From the sequence record SRR20825006_2834: DNA of 34,517 nt; one strand, 5' to 3'. Of the stretch, positions 1 through 10,767 are shown in pieces. Position 1 is the stretch's first letter; every line of letters begins with the position of its first letter. The notes beneath the pieces were generated by a model. That model searched no databases. It had not been told where the DNA came from and saw only the letters and a program-made list of their open reading frames with translations. The position numbers were made by a program, and so were the translations under genes.

Positions 1-1
1 G

Positions 2-1012
2 GAAATCTGCCTGCATCAGCTGAAGATGTCGGGCGTGCAAAGCGATGAACGCCTCATCGTACTGACCCAAGGCAATGAGCGCCTCGATTATGCCGATGCG
101 TTTATGGCCGCCGGGCGGATGCTTGGCGCGAGCATGTATCACATGCGCCTGCCCGCACCGCCGATCATCGGGGAATGGGCCGTGGGTCAAACCGGGCTGG
201 CCGCCCTGCCCGATGCGGTCGAGGCGCTTAAAAATTGCGATATGTTGATCGACTGTATCTTCTTGTTGTTCTCGCCGGAACAATTTGCGATTCAGGCGGC
301 TGGCACCCGGATTTTGACCGCAGTCGAGCCACCCGAACTTCTGGCGCGGATGTTGCCAACGCAGGAAATCAAAGAGAAAGTGACTATTGCCGGAGAGATG
401 CTCTCGAAAGCCAAGGTCATGCGCATCACATCAAGGCATGGCACCGATGTGACCTACAAACTCAACACCTATCCGGCAGTGACAGAATATGCCTGCACCG
501 ATGAACCGGGGCGTTGGGATCACTGGCCGTCGGGTTTTGTGTTCACGGGCGGCGATGATGACGGGGTAGACGGGACGATCGTCGTGGCCCCTGGTGACGT
601 GCTTTTGCCGCAGAATATGTATGTCAGCTCGCCGATCACCTACACGATCAAAAAAGGTTGGATCACGGATATGCGTGGCGGTCTCGATGCCGAACTGGTG
701 AAGTCCTACATGGATGCGTTTAACGATCCGCGCGGGCTTGGCATGAGCCATATCGGCTGGGGGATGAACCCGAACGCAAAGTGGCACAACATGGTGCCAG
801 GGGCTTTCCCGGGTGGAATGGGCATGGAACCGCGCAGTTTCTACGGCAATGTCATGTTCTCCACCGGGCCGAACAACGAGTTGGGCGGGCCGAACGACAC
901 CGCCTGTCACCTCGACATCCCGATGCGCAATTGCTCTTTGTTCTTAGATGACGAACCGGTCGTGATCGACGGCGACATCGTGGTCAAAGAGATTCAGATG
1001 GAGCGGCACTGA
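2..1012 (+). CDS. nicX: 2,5-dihydroxypyridine 5,6-dioxygenase (Hpo/NicX type), 5' end outside the window
   Basis: Frame is open from base 2 (EICLHQLKMSGV...). Motifs TRILTAVEPPELLARMLP, DEPGRWDHWPSGF, SHIGWG and FSTGPNNELGG...CHLDIPMRNC match NicX/Hpo as I recall them, closer to the Hpo subtype. Confidence 0.92.
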   Translation, partial: EICLHQLKMSGVQSDERLIVLTQGNERLDYADAFMAAGRMLGASMYHMRLPAPPIIGEWAVGQTGLAALPDAVEALKNCDMLIDCIFLLFSPEQFAIQAAGTRILTAVEPPELLARMLPTQEIKEKVTIAGEMLSKAKVMRITSRHGTDVTYKLNTYPAVTEYACTDEPGRWDHWPSGFVFTGGDDDGVDGTIVVAPGDVLLPQNMYVSSPITYTIKKGWITDMRGGLDAELVKSYMDAFNDPRGLGMSHIGWGMNPNAKWHNMVPGAFPGGMGMEPRSFYGNVMFSTGPNNELGGPNDTACHLDIPMRNCSLFLDDEPVVIDGDIVVKEIQMERH

Positions 1013-1048
1013 GGCTTCCCCGGTCTCAGACGCATCCGGGGCGGCCTC
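1011..1048. other. Intergenic stem-loop
   Basis: GAGGC-tt-CCCCGG...CCGGGG-cg-GCCTC right after the stop codon. No strong U-tract, so possibly an mRNA stabiliser. Confidence 0.4.
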
Positions 1049-1094
1049 TTGCTTACCACTTTGTGGTCGCCCCATTTTTTCCGAAGGAAACACT

Positions 1095-1715
1095 ATGTCC
1101 CAGACAGACATCTATAAGGCCGCAGGGTTTGGCGCGCCGGTTCCGCGCGGGATATGCCCCGGCATCGTCGTGGTGGATTTCTCCTACGGGTTCACGGATG
1201 TGCAATATCCGACCGCCTCGGATGCCAGCGCTCAGATGGCTCGAACCAAAGAGATTTGCGATCTGGCGCGGACCAAGGGCTTTCCGGTGATCTTCACCAC
1301 CATCGCCTACCATCCTGGCGAGTTGGACAAGCTCCCGTGGTTGAAAAAGGCCACTGGCATGCGCGCACTGATCGAGGGCACACGGTTGGTGGAGATCGAC
1401 GCCGCCACTGGCATTCAGCCCAAGGATGCGATTGTCACCAAGAAAGGCGCCTCATCGTTTTTCGGCTCAACGCTGAATGCGCTGTTGACCGGCGCGGGTG
1501 TGGACACTGTCGTGGTGACTGGAGCGACCACATCAGGTTGTGTGCGTGCGACTGTCGTCGATGCGGTGCAGGCGGGCTATAATGTTCTGGTGCCGCGCGA
1601 TTGCTGCGCGGATCGCGCCAAGGCACCGCATGAGGCCAACCTCTACGACATGGATCAGAAATACGCCGATGTCACCGACAGTGCCGATATTCTAACTTGG
1701 CTGAACCACTTATAA
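1095..1715 (+). CDS. nicF: Isochorismatase-family cysteine hydrolase, probable maleamate amidohydrolase (NicF/Ami-like)
   Basis: Catalytic triad motifs VVDF, KKGASSFFG and TGATTSGCVRATVVDA. RBS AAGGA upstream. Lies directly after the 2,5-DHP dioxygenase. Confidence 0.82.
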   Translation: MSQTDIYKAAGFGAPVPRGICPGIVVVDFSYGFTDVQYPTASDASAQMARTKEICDLARTKGFPVIFTTIAYHPGELDKLPWLKKATGMRALIEGTRLVEIDAATGIQPKDAIVTKKGASSFFGSTLNALLTGAGVDTVVVTGATTSGCVRATVVDAVQAGYNVLVPRDCCADRAKAPHEANLYDMDQKYADVTDSADILTWLNHL

Positions 1716-1837
1716 ATCGTCTCTCAGCCAGCCTGAAAGCCGGGCACATCCCACAAAAAGGGTGGCCCCAATCGGACCCGAAACGGGCCATACCGCGCCA
1801 TCTTGCGCGCTCCCTTCCCCAACATGGAGATGAAAAC

Positions 1838-3511
1838 ATGCACACCAAAGGTGTCCTTATCACAGGACTTATATCGGCGCAGTTATGCACAGCAACAGAC
1901 GCATTTGCCTTTGAATGTTCGGTATCAGCCCTACAATCTTACGATATTGACGGGGTGACGGTCACCGAGGTAACCGCGACAGCCTCGGGAACCCCTGCTT
2001 GTCTGGTTGACGGTACGGTCATTACCAAAGGCAATAACATCGGCGAAGGGCTTGCAAAATTTCAGATTCGCCTGCCGCAAAAATGGAATAACCGATTTTT
2101 AATGCTGGGCAACGGCGGCCTCGCGGGCACTGTTAAAGCTTCGGCCAACACGGTTGATGTGGCCTACGCCAATGACTCTGGCTATGTCACCGCCATGACC
2201 GATCTTGGCCACACCGCCGAAAGCGGTCTTGACGCAAGCTTTGCCCTGATCGAAGACGGCAGTCCGAATGCGCCCGCCATCGCCGATTACTACTATCGTG
2301 CCTCACATGTTGTGACCAACACGGCTAAAGCTTTTGCCCAAGCGGTTTATGGCGAGAGCCCCGGCTATTCCTATTTGAGCGGATGCTCGACAGGTGGCCG
2401 CATGGCACAAGTCGCCGCCGCCCGGTATCCCGACGACTTCGATGGGGTCATCTCGGGCGCGGCTTTCATGGATGTCTCATCCATGCTGAAAATCCAGCAT
2501 TTCCAGATCAATCAGCTTCTCGCCGACGATGCCCAGATCCTCCCCAACACGCTGCCCGTAATCCAGAACGCAGTCATGGCATCTTGTGATGCAGTCGACG
2601 GGGTGACAGACGGTATGATCCAGAATCCGGCGGCGTGTTCCTTTGCGCCCGAAAGCCTGATTTGCGATGGCGCGGACAGTGATAATTGTCTGACGAAACC
2701 GCAGGCCGCAGCGCTTCGCGCTTATTTCACAGCGCTTCATACCGACGATGGCCGTCTGGTCTATCCCGGCTATGCGCCGGTCCTCTTTGACGGCGGCTTC
2801 AGCCTGTTCCAAGGCGGCAGTGTTTCAGCTGACGACATCACGGCGGCGGAGCCTTGGGGCAATGACGGCAACCCGCCTGCGCCGATCGAATGGGCGTTTT
2901 CTGACCACATCATCCAGTATCTCGTGATGCAGGACCCCGATTACAATGTGCGCGATTTTGGCATTGATGCCGACGGGACCATCCCGTCCGATGCCCTCGC
3001 ATATTTCATCAAGATGACACAGGATGGCAACGGTTCCGGCCTTGATGAGACAGAAGCCTTTTTCGATCAGGGCAAAAAGATGATCCTCTACCACGGTTGG
3101 GGCGATCATGCGCTCAGCCCGTTCCGCACCGTTCGGTTCGTGGATGATCTCGCCCGCCGCAAAGGCGGCTATGACGCACTCTCACAAAGCGCGCGCCTCT
3201 TTATGGTGCCGGAAATGGGTCACTGTTCCGGCGGGACGGGCCCCGACAGCTTCAACACGCTGGCAGCCCTTGAGAACTGGGTGGAAAACGGCGTGGCCCC
3301 TGCAACCATCGCCGCTGAAAAGCTGACTGAGGCCGGGGACGTCACCCGCTCGATGCCCCTGTGTCCCTATCCGGCACAGGCGCACTATTCGGGCGAGGGC
3401 GATGTGAACGACACCTCAAATTGGAGCTGCCCCAGTGCGCCGTCCGAGGTGATCTTGGGCAGCGTCGGTATCTCAGCGGGCCTGCTGTCCGCCGGAGAAC
3501 CGACCCAGTAA
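1838..3511 (+). CDS. Secreted tannase/feruloyl-esterase family alpha/beta hydrolase
   Basis: GCSTGGR (CS), YHGWGDHAL (D) and VPEMGHCSGG (HC) form the CS-D-HC motif; C-terminal SMPLCPYP. ATG 1838 has RBS GGAGA and a signal-peptide-like N-terminus ending AFA-FE. Confidence 0.92.
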   Translation: MHTKGVLITGLISAQLCTATDAFAFECSVSALQSYDIDGVTVTEVTATASGTPACLVDGTVITKGNNIGEGLAKFQIRLPQKWNNRFLMLGNGGLAGTVKASANTVDVAYANDSGYVTAMTDLGHTAESGLDASFALIEDGSPNAPAIADYYYRASHVVTNTAKAFAQAVYGESPGYSYLSGCSTGGRMAQVAAARYPDDFDGVISGAAFMDVSSMLKIQHFQINQLLADDAQILPNTLPVIQNAVMASCDAVDGVTDGMIQNPAACSFAPESLICDGADSDNCLTKPQAAALRAYFTALHTDDGRLVYPGYAPVLFDGGFSLFQGGSVSADDITAAEPWGNDGNPPAPIEWAFSDHIIQYLVMQDPDYNVRDFGIDADGTIPSDALAYFIKMTQDGNGSGLDETEAFFDQGKKMILYHGWGDHALSPFRTVRFVDDLARRKGGYDALSQSARLFMVPEMGHCSGGTGPDSFNTLAALENWVENGVAPATIAAEKLTEAGDVTRSMPLCPYPAQAHYSGEGDVNDTSNWSCPSAPSEVILGSVGISAGLLSAGEPTQ

Positions 3512-3709
3512 GCGATACAACTTTATACCCTGAAAAGACTTTGGTCGGGCTCCGCTCGACCAAGGCCCCTGACCGGAGTTGCCCGCGCCGCTGCCACCGA
3601 CCGAACGCGCAGGGGCCTGAGCCGACAAGCGCTGTGCAGTTTCGCCCCTATCGCATAGGTGCCGAGCACGAGATAATTCCCTGAATATCTTCGACACAGG
3701 AGTAAAGTG

Positions 3710-4318
3710 ATGTTCTACCTGACAAGAGATGGCTCCGGTCTGCCGCGTGATCCGTTTTCTGCCATCGTGTCCCCCCGCCCGATTGCTTGGATATCCACGC
3801 GTGGCAGCAGTGGCGCGACCAACCTTGCGCCCTATTCCTTTTTCAACGCCGTGGCCTATACGCCGCCGCAGGTGATTGTCTCGTCCATTGGTGGCAAATC
3901 GGATCGGGACAAGGGCAAGGACAGCTACAGTCATATTCTGGAAACGGGCGTATTTTGCATCAACATCGCCGGGCTTGCCGACCGCGACGCGTTGAATGCC
4001 TCCTCTGCGCCCTATGCCGCGGATCAAAGCGAATTTGAGGTGCTGGGATTGCCGATGGCGGAATGTGAGACCATAGATTGCCCAAGGCTCGCCCATGCCC
4101 CTGCGTCAATGGAGTGCCGCCTGACACAGCCGATTGATCTTGAGGGTGAGGGCAATCTGATGATCCTCGCGCGGGTCGAGGCCATCCATTTGCGCGACGA
4201 CTGCCTGACCGAAGACGGCCGCTTTGACGTCTTGTCCTACGCCCCTCTGAGCAGGCTTGGCTACCAGGATTTCGCCGCGATTGAAACGGTATTTCAAATG
4301 CGGCGGCCTAAGCTTTAA
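3710..4318 (+). CDS. Flavin reductase family protein (DIM6/NTAB type)
   Basis: PRPIAWIST, NLAPYSFFNAV, APASMECRL and PLSRLG motifs. RBS CAGGAG; alternative GTG start at 3707. Confidence 0.88.
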   Translation: MFYLTRDGSGLPRDPFSAIVSPRPIAWISTRGSSGATNLAPYSFFNAVAYTPPQVIVSSIGGKSDRDKGKDSYSHILETGVFCINIAGLADRDALNASSAPYAADQSEFEVLGLPMAECETIDCPRLAHAPASMECRLTQPIDLEGEGNLMILARVEAIHLRDDCLTEDGRFDVLSYAPLSRLGYQDFAAIETVFQMRRPKL

Positions 4319-4346
4319 TCCTCTGACCTAACTCTCTGGTCCACAT

Positions 4347-4376
4347 AAAAGCAGCCCCGTTTCCGGGGCCGCTTTT
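4347..4376. terminator. Bidirectional intrinsic terminator
   Basis: AAAAGCAGCCCCG-tttc-CGGGGCCGCTTTT between convergent genes. Confidence 0.75.
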
Positions 4377-4377
4377 G

Positions 4378-5559
<1,182 letters not shown>

Positions 5560-5571
5560 TTAGTATGCTAA
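5560..5571. promoter_or_regulatory. Imperfect palindrome TTAGTATGCTAA, candidate repressor operator of nicC
   Basis: About 40 bp upstream of the nicC ATG in an AT-rich patch. A related site lies at 13185-13196. Confidence 0.55.
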
Positions 5572-5685
5572 TGAATAAAAGCGGATCACGAAAGCATTTT
5601 CGAACGCGAAACACCGATATTTCACGGGTTTGCGCAAAAAACCCCCAAGAACCTCCAGCAAAAGACAGAGCATGACCTCTTCCCC

Positions 5686-7074
5686 TCACAGCCGCGGCGC
5701 GGCAAGAAGCCACAGCCCGAGCGAGGTATATCCGACCATCAAAAGCGCCAACGGCACCTGGCCCAAAACCGCATCGCGCGGACGGCGATGAGTGTCCAAG
5801 GCGACGGCATGAGCCATGAGCACGGCGACGATATGACCAAGCGTAATCACCCCGGTCTGAAACGCCCAGATCAGATGAATACCCGATTCGGTGTTGAACA
5901 TGGATTGGCTCGGATGGTTGTAGGCGGTGCCGAAAATATCCCAGCCTTTGTGCAAAGGATCAGAGAGCACAATCCACAGATATTGCGCATCCATGATCAG
6001 GCGGGTGGCAAAATGCGACAGCATATAGGCCACATAGATCGGCACCAATGTATAGACACAGCGTCCCGCGAGCACAGCAAAGGACACGGTGCTTTGGACC
6101 ATGCAACCGCCCAGCCAAATCGCACCGAAAAACACCAAAGCGACCAAGACAAAGGCCCCGACCAGCCCCAAAGAATTGGGCCACATCACGCTAGAACGGC
6201 CATGAAAATCAAGCGGGTTCACGCCCAAAAGCTGCAACCATTTAAACGTGGACGACACCCCATCGAACGTGCCGGAGGCCAGCATAAAAATGACAAAGGC
6301 ACTGGCACTCAAAGAGAGCGGCGCGTCACGCAACACGCGCGCACCGGGGAACACCAAACCCAACTTACCACCTTGCGTACAGGCAAAGGGCGAGAGGATC
6401 GCGAGCAGGGAAAAAAGCACATGCAAAGGCTCGGCGCGCCGTGTCCATTCCTCTGTGCCAAACAGGATCATGCCAAAACCATTGAGCACCAAAAACCACA
6501 ACACATGCACGAACAAGGCCTCTGGATCGGTGGCATGGAGCGAGATCAGATCAATCCAGACCAGGTAGAACATCTGCACCAAGGCGACGCCAAACCCGAT
6601 CTGCTTGGGTAGGGTCAAAATGGGCCGTTTGCCAAGTCCCAAAATCTGTAACAGGCCGGTCCATGGATTGAGCCAAAGCCAAAGATTGCCAAACACGACC
6701 GTCATCACAGACAGGACGATCCATCCCAAGGTCCACACCCCGAGGGTGATCGGATTGGTCAGCGGATCATCCGGACCCGCCAGTGCAGCATAGAGCAAAA
6801 ACAGGGTGAAGCCGAGCGACAGGAGCGACAGGAGCGACAGCGGCGCAGTTGGGATGCGGCACGGAGCGGTTGAGACGCGGACCTCTAAGGCAAACAGGCG
6901 ATGAAACCGGGCGGCGGGCACGATTGCGAGGATTAGGAAACTGGCCAAAACCGCAAGACCCGCACCGAAGATATAAATCTCCGTTGGCATCAACAGGATG
7001 AACCCACCCGCCGCCTCATGGGCCATGGCGGCGGCAGGCATGGCGCAGAGAAACGCGGTCATGGCGCGAGTCAT
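5686..7074 (-). CDS. Polytopic membrane protein of unknown function
   Basis: Long ORF with roughly 10-12 hydrophobic segments. Motifs AHEAAGGFILLMP, WLWLNPW, LSDPLHKGWDIFGTA and GHIVAVLMAH. Start uncertain (7155, 7074 or 7062). Confidence 0.8.
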   Translation of the reverse strand: MTRAMTAFLCAMPAAAMAHEAAGGFILLMPTEIYIFGAGLAVLASFLILAIVPAARFHRLFALEVRVSTAPCRIPTAPLSLLSLLSLGFTLFLLYAALAGPDDPLTNPITLGVWTLGWIVLSVMTVVFGNLWLWLNPWTGLLQILGLGKRPILTLPKQIGFGVALVQMFYLVWIDLISLHATDPEALFVHVLWFLVLNGFGMILFGTEEWTRRAEPLHVLFSLLAILSPFACTQGGKLGLVFPGARVLRDAPLSLSASAFVIFMLASGTFDGVSSTFKWLQLLGVNPLDFHGRSSVMWPNSLGLVGAFVLVALVFFGAIWLGGCMVQSTVSFAVLAGRCVYTLVPIYVAYMLSHFATRLIMDAQYLWIVLSDPLHKGWDIFGTAYNHPSQSMFNTESGIHLIWAFQTGVITLGHIVAVLMAHAVALDTHRRPRDAVLGQVPLALLMVGYTSLGLWLLAAPRL

Positions 7075-7220
7075 GGCGCGTAGAAACCGATGGTCAAACG
7101 ACACAGGGACTGTGTTCTGCGACCCACGAAGATGCAAAAGGGTCATGGCCCTCATCCTGTAGAAACAAAGGAAAGCCAGAGCGATCCGAGAGGACCCTAA
7201 CGCCCTGACCTTGGTCCGGC

Positions 7221-7705
7221 TTAGAGTGCGGCACAGACGGTTTAGACTTCGGTGAAGGTGCAGAAGGCTTCAGAGCCCTCCTCACGTCCCCAACCGGATT
7301 GTTTGTAACCGCCGAACGGCAAGGCCGGATCATAAAAGTTATGTTGGTTGATCCAAACGGAGCCCGCTTTGACCTTTTTCGCCAGCTTATGCGCGATGGA
7401 AATGTCACGGGTCCAGATCGAGGCCGCAAGACCGAAATCGATGTCGTTGGCTTCGGCGGCAACTTTATCGAGAGAGGCGCCGCAAAGGCCTGACAGGCCA
7501 GAACCGGGCCAAAGATTTCGCCACACAACACGGACATGTCATCTGTAGTGCCCGCAAGGATCGTCGGCTCCATGAAAAAACCGCTCTCACCAATGCGCCC
7601 GCCGCCGATCACGGTTTCTGCCCCGACGGTTTTGCCTTCGTCGAGATAGCCCATGACTTTTTGCAACTGACACGACGAGCTCAGCGGTCCCATTGTGGTT
7701 TCCGG
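7221..7705 (-). pseudogene. Aldehyde dehydrogenase C-terminal fragment with frameshift and nonsense codon
   Basis: TTMGPL...GFFMEPTIL...EIFGPVL, then a frameshift near 7482 into ANDIDFGLAASIWTRD...PFGGYKQSGWGREEG. Premature TAA at 7242-7244 in TEV*TVCAAL*. The N-terminus and catalytic Cys region are missing. Confidence 0.88.
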
Positions 7706-8257
7706 CTCAGCGCCTTTGATCAGACCTGCAACGAGCGGAAACGGATTTTCCGGCTGAAGGATGTTCAACAACCCACCCTGGCCGCGGCGTTTCGCCTCCG
7801 GGGTGCCTTGCCAATCTTCGATCTTGCAATAGACCTTGAAGATGTTGTCGTAATTCCAGTCCTCTTCGCCCGAGGCGGCGGCCCAGTTGTTAAAGTCGTT
7901 CATATGGCCGCGCGCCCAGACCGAGCTGTTGATCGACGAACCGCCGCCCAAGACTTTGCCCATCGGCAAAAGCGGTGTGCGACCGTTGACGGTTTTGGAG
8001 GAAGCCGCTTTATAGCCCCAATCGCGCGATGTGCCGATGTTCCACATCCATTGCGTGCTGTCGATCACCTGCGGCACACGATCTGATCCGCCCGCTTCAA
8101 TCAACAAGACCGAGACGTTTGGATCTTCGGCGAGGCGCCGCGCCACCACGCTGCCGGTGGTGCCACCGCCACAGACGATAAAGTCATATCTAGAGCGCAT
8201 CGATTCCGACATAAGTTCGCCATCCGGGGACAGCTCGGCAGGGCTAAACTGGTTCAT
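7706..8257 (-). pseudogene. GMC (choline dehydrogenase-like) oxidoreductase N-terminal fragment, fused in frame to the ALDH remnant
   Basis: YDFIVCGGGTTGSVVARRL, VLLIEAGG and GKVLGGGSSINSSVWARG. Similarity stops after about 184 aa. Good RBS (GGGGAG). Confidence 0.88.
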
Positions 8258-8294
8258 ACTTTACTCCCCTTTTGGACGACGGAGGGAGGACGGC

Positions 8295-9002
8295 CTAACG
8301 ACCGACCCCCACATAGTGGTGGAGAAGCTCCGGGTTGGCGCGCACCTCTTCGATATCGAATTCGGCTTTAATTTCGCCGTGGTCCATAAAGGCGACGCGA
8401 TTGGCGATGGAGAGGACGGCATCGACGCGCTGTTCTACCAAAAGTACGGCGACACCTTCGTCACGCAACCTGATCACCGCATCGCGGATCCCGGCAATGG
8501 CGGAGGGCATCAGGCCTTCGGTCGGCTCATCAAGCATGATCACCGAGGGATTGATGCACATGGCGCGCGCCATGGCCAACATGGTCTGTTCGCCGCCCGA
8601 CAAAGTGCCGGAGCGCTGAGTCATCCGCTCTTTGAGCACCGGAAAAAGTTCCAACGCATGATCGAGCGCGCTGACGTTGGTGTTGCGGGTCCACAGGCCG
8701 ATTTCGAGGTTTTCCCAAACCGTCAACTCGGTAAACAACCGCCGTCCCTGCGGCACATAGCCGATGCCCGCGCGGGGAATGTCCTTGGCTGGCACGCCAG
8801 TCAAATCCTTGCCGTCGAGCATCAGCGTACCCGCCGCCGGGCGCACCGTGCCCATGATGGTTTTCAGCGCTGTGGTTTTGCCCGCGCCATTGCGCCCCAA
8901 AAGGCAAAGCACCTCGCCACTGTTCAACTCAATCGAAAAATTGCGCAACGCCTGACTGCGGCCATAGAAGGCGTCAAAACCTTTAACAGACATCATACTC
9001 AT
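8295..9002 (-). CDS. ABC transporter ATP-binding protein (LivF-like)
   Basis: Walker A GRNGAGKT, signature LSGGEQ, Walker B MLDEPTEGL, VEQ. Confidence 0.93.
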   Translation of the reverse strand: MSMMSVKGFDAFYGRSQALRNFSIELNSGEVLCLLGRNGAGKTTALKTIMGTVRPAAGTLMLDGKDLTGVPAKDIPRAGIGYVPQGRRLFTELTVWENLEIGLWTRNTNVSALDHALELFPVLKERMTQRSGTLSGGEQTMLAMARAMCINPSVIMLDEPTEGLMPSAIAGIRDAVIRLRDEGVAVLLVEQRVDAVLSIANRVAFMDHGEIKAEFDIEEVRANPELLHHYVGVGR

Positions 9003-9742
9003 GCCGGTTCTCCCAAATAGGCGGCCTGCACGGCAACGTTTTCGACGATTTCATCCGGCGTGCCTTCGGCCAAAAGACGACCGCGTTCGAGCACGGTAAT
9101 GCGGTCGGCCAGCGCCAAAACCACGTCCATATTGTGTTCGATAATCAAAACGGTGGCGGTTTCATTGACCCGTTTCACCACCTCGATAAAGTTCTTGATT
9201 TCGGCATCAGAGAGGCCCTGCGTGGGTTCATCGAGGATCAACAATTTCGGTTCAAGCCCAAGCCCCATCGCCACTTCCAACAGACGCTGGTGACCATAGG
9301 CAAGGTTGCCCGCCGTGTCGCCGATCCGGTCGCCAAGCCCGACAGCCTGTGCGGCGAGGGCCGCCTCGGACTGAATTTGCGCTTCGCTCGCACCGCCAAA
9401 CAGCGACGGTTTAAGCCGGTTTTGAACCGCGATTTCGATGTTTTCCAACACGGTCAGGCTGGGGTAGATGTTGGTGATCTGAAACGTATAGGCGATGCCG
9501 AGACGCACGCGTTTGAACGCCGGAAGATTGGTGACATCTTTGCCGTCAAAGAACACCTGACCTGCAGAGGGGGGGATGCGCCCGGAGAGCAGGCTCACGA
9601 AAGTGGATTTGCCCGCCCCGTTTGGCCCAATGATGGCGCGAATCTCCCCGACTTTGAGGGTGAAATCCACCCCGTCCACCGCTTTGAGCCCGTCGAAATG
9701 GCGCGCAAGACCACGCGTTTCAAGAAGAGTTACTTCAGCCAT
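8999..9742 (-). CDS. ABC transporter ATP-binding protein (LivG-like)
   Basis: GPNGAGKST, LAYGHQR, ILDEPTQGL, IEHNMD, VQAAYLG. Confidence 0.93.
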   Translation of the reverse strand: MAEVTLLETRGLARHFDGLKAVDGVDFTLKVGEIRAIIGPNGAGKSTFVSLLSGRIPPSAGQVFFDGKDVTNLPAFKRVRLGIAYTFQITNIYPSLTVLENIEIAVQNRLKPSLFGGASEAQIQSEAALAAQAVGLGDRIGDTAGNLAYGHQRLLEVAMGLGLEPKLLILDEPTQGLSDAEIKNFIEVVKRVNETATVLIIEHNMDVVLALADRITVLERGRLLAEGTPDEIVENVAVQAAYLGEPA

Positions 9743-10767
9743 GGGACCCACCTTTCACGAATGGTGCCAAGAATGCCTTTGGGGAACCACATGTTCACAA
9801 CGATGAGGATGATCCCGATGATGATCAAATAGGCGGTGGTGATGCCGCTCAGACGGTCGATGAGCATGGTCATGATGCCGGTGCCCAAAAGCGGACCCAA
9901 AAGCGTGCCGGGACCACCGACGAGAGTGAACAAAAGCGCCTCGATCGAGTAGTGAAACCCAGCAAAGGCCGAGCCAATATAGCCAAACATCAGGGCGTAG
10001 AGCGCACCGGCAAGACCACAAACGGTGCCCGACAGGGTAAAGGCCGCGAGGCGCACGCGGTAGGTGTCAAAGCCCAACATCTGGGTGCGCGGTTCGTTTT
10101 CGCGCACGGCGGTGAACAGGCGGCCAAGTGGGCCTTGGGTCACGAAGAAGAAGAAAATCAGCACCACGGCAAAGATACCGAACGCCAGATTGAAGCGCAC
10201 CACATCCGAGGTCATGTCGAAATTGGCCCCGAGCAAGGAGAAGGAACGCGCATCGGTCGGCAGGGTCAGGCCCTGATCACCGCCTGTGATTTTCGAGAAG
10301 TAGAGCGTTGCCAAATAGGCCGCCTGGGCGAACATCAAGGTGACGATCATAAAGGACACGCCCTCGGTGCGCAGCGCCAAAAGCCCGATGACAAAGGAGA
10401 ACACCAAAGAGGCGGCAATCGCGATGACAAAGGACACGGGCAGAGAAGTGCCGAAATAGTAGCTCGACAACCCGGCCGCATAGAGCCCAAAACCAAAGAA
10501 CATCGCATGTCCGAGGCTCAGGAGACCCGTGTAGCCCATCAACATATTATATCCCATGGCGAAGATCGACATGATCAAAATACGCGTCAAAGCGAGAATC
10601 AAATAGTCACTCAAGGCAAACTGCAACACGAAAATCACGAAAAGCGTGGCGAGGGACAGGGCAAGTAGCCTGCCGTTGTGGATGATCATGAAGCGATCCC
10701 TCCCTTTCTTCGCCTCAGCCGCTTTCGCGGCCTTGACAGAGGAAATTTCTGTGGAGTGCAGGCTCAT
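9730..10767 (-). CDS. ABC transporter permease (LivM-like)
   Basis: GYTGLLSLGHAMFFG, TGGDQGL, AVRENE, GGPGTLLGP. Confidence 0.92.
   Translation of the reverse strand: MSLHSTEISSVKAAKAAEAKKGRDRFMIIHNGRLLALSLATLFVIFVLQFALSDYLILALTRILIMSIFAMGYNMLMGYTGLLSLGHAMFFGFGLYAAGLSSYYFGTSLPVSFVIAIAASLVFSFVIGLLALRTEGVSFMIVTLMFAQAAYLATLYFSKITGGDQGLTLPTDARSFSLLGANFDMTSDVVRFNLAFGIFAVVLIFFFFVTQGPLGRLFTAVRENEPRTQMLGFDTYRVRLAAFTLSGTVCGLAGALYALMFGYIGSAFAGFHYSIEALLFTLVGGPGTLLGPLLGTGIMTMLIDRLSGITTAYLIIIGIILIVVNMWFPKGILGTIRERWVPWLK

Noticed and set aside
1697-1837. N-terminal extension of the tannase ORF
   Set aside because: It overlaps the amidase stop. The RBS and signal peptide support ATG 1838.
3570-3640. Cobalamin riboswitch-like CCGGAGTTGCCCGCGCCGCTG
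   Set aside because: No upstream GGGAA element and no B12 box.
7094-8257. 387-aa ORF as a real novel GMC-ALDH fusion enzyme
   Set aside because: It lacks the GMC catalytic C-terminus and the ALDH catalytic Cys region, and the tail after about 7482 is out-of-frame sequence.
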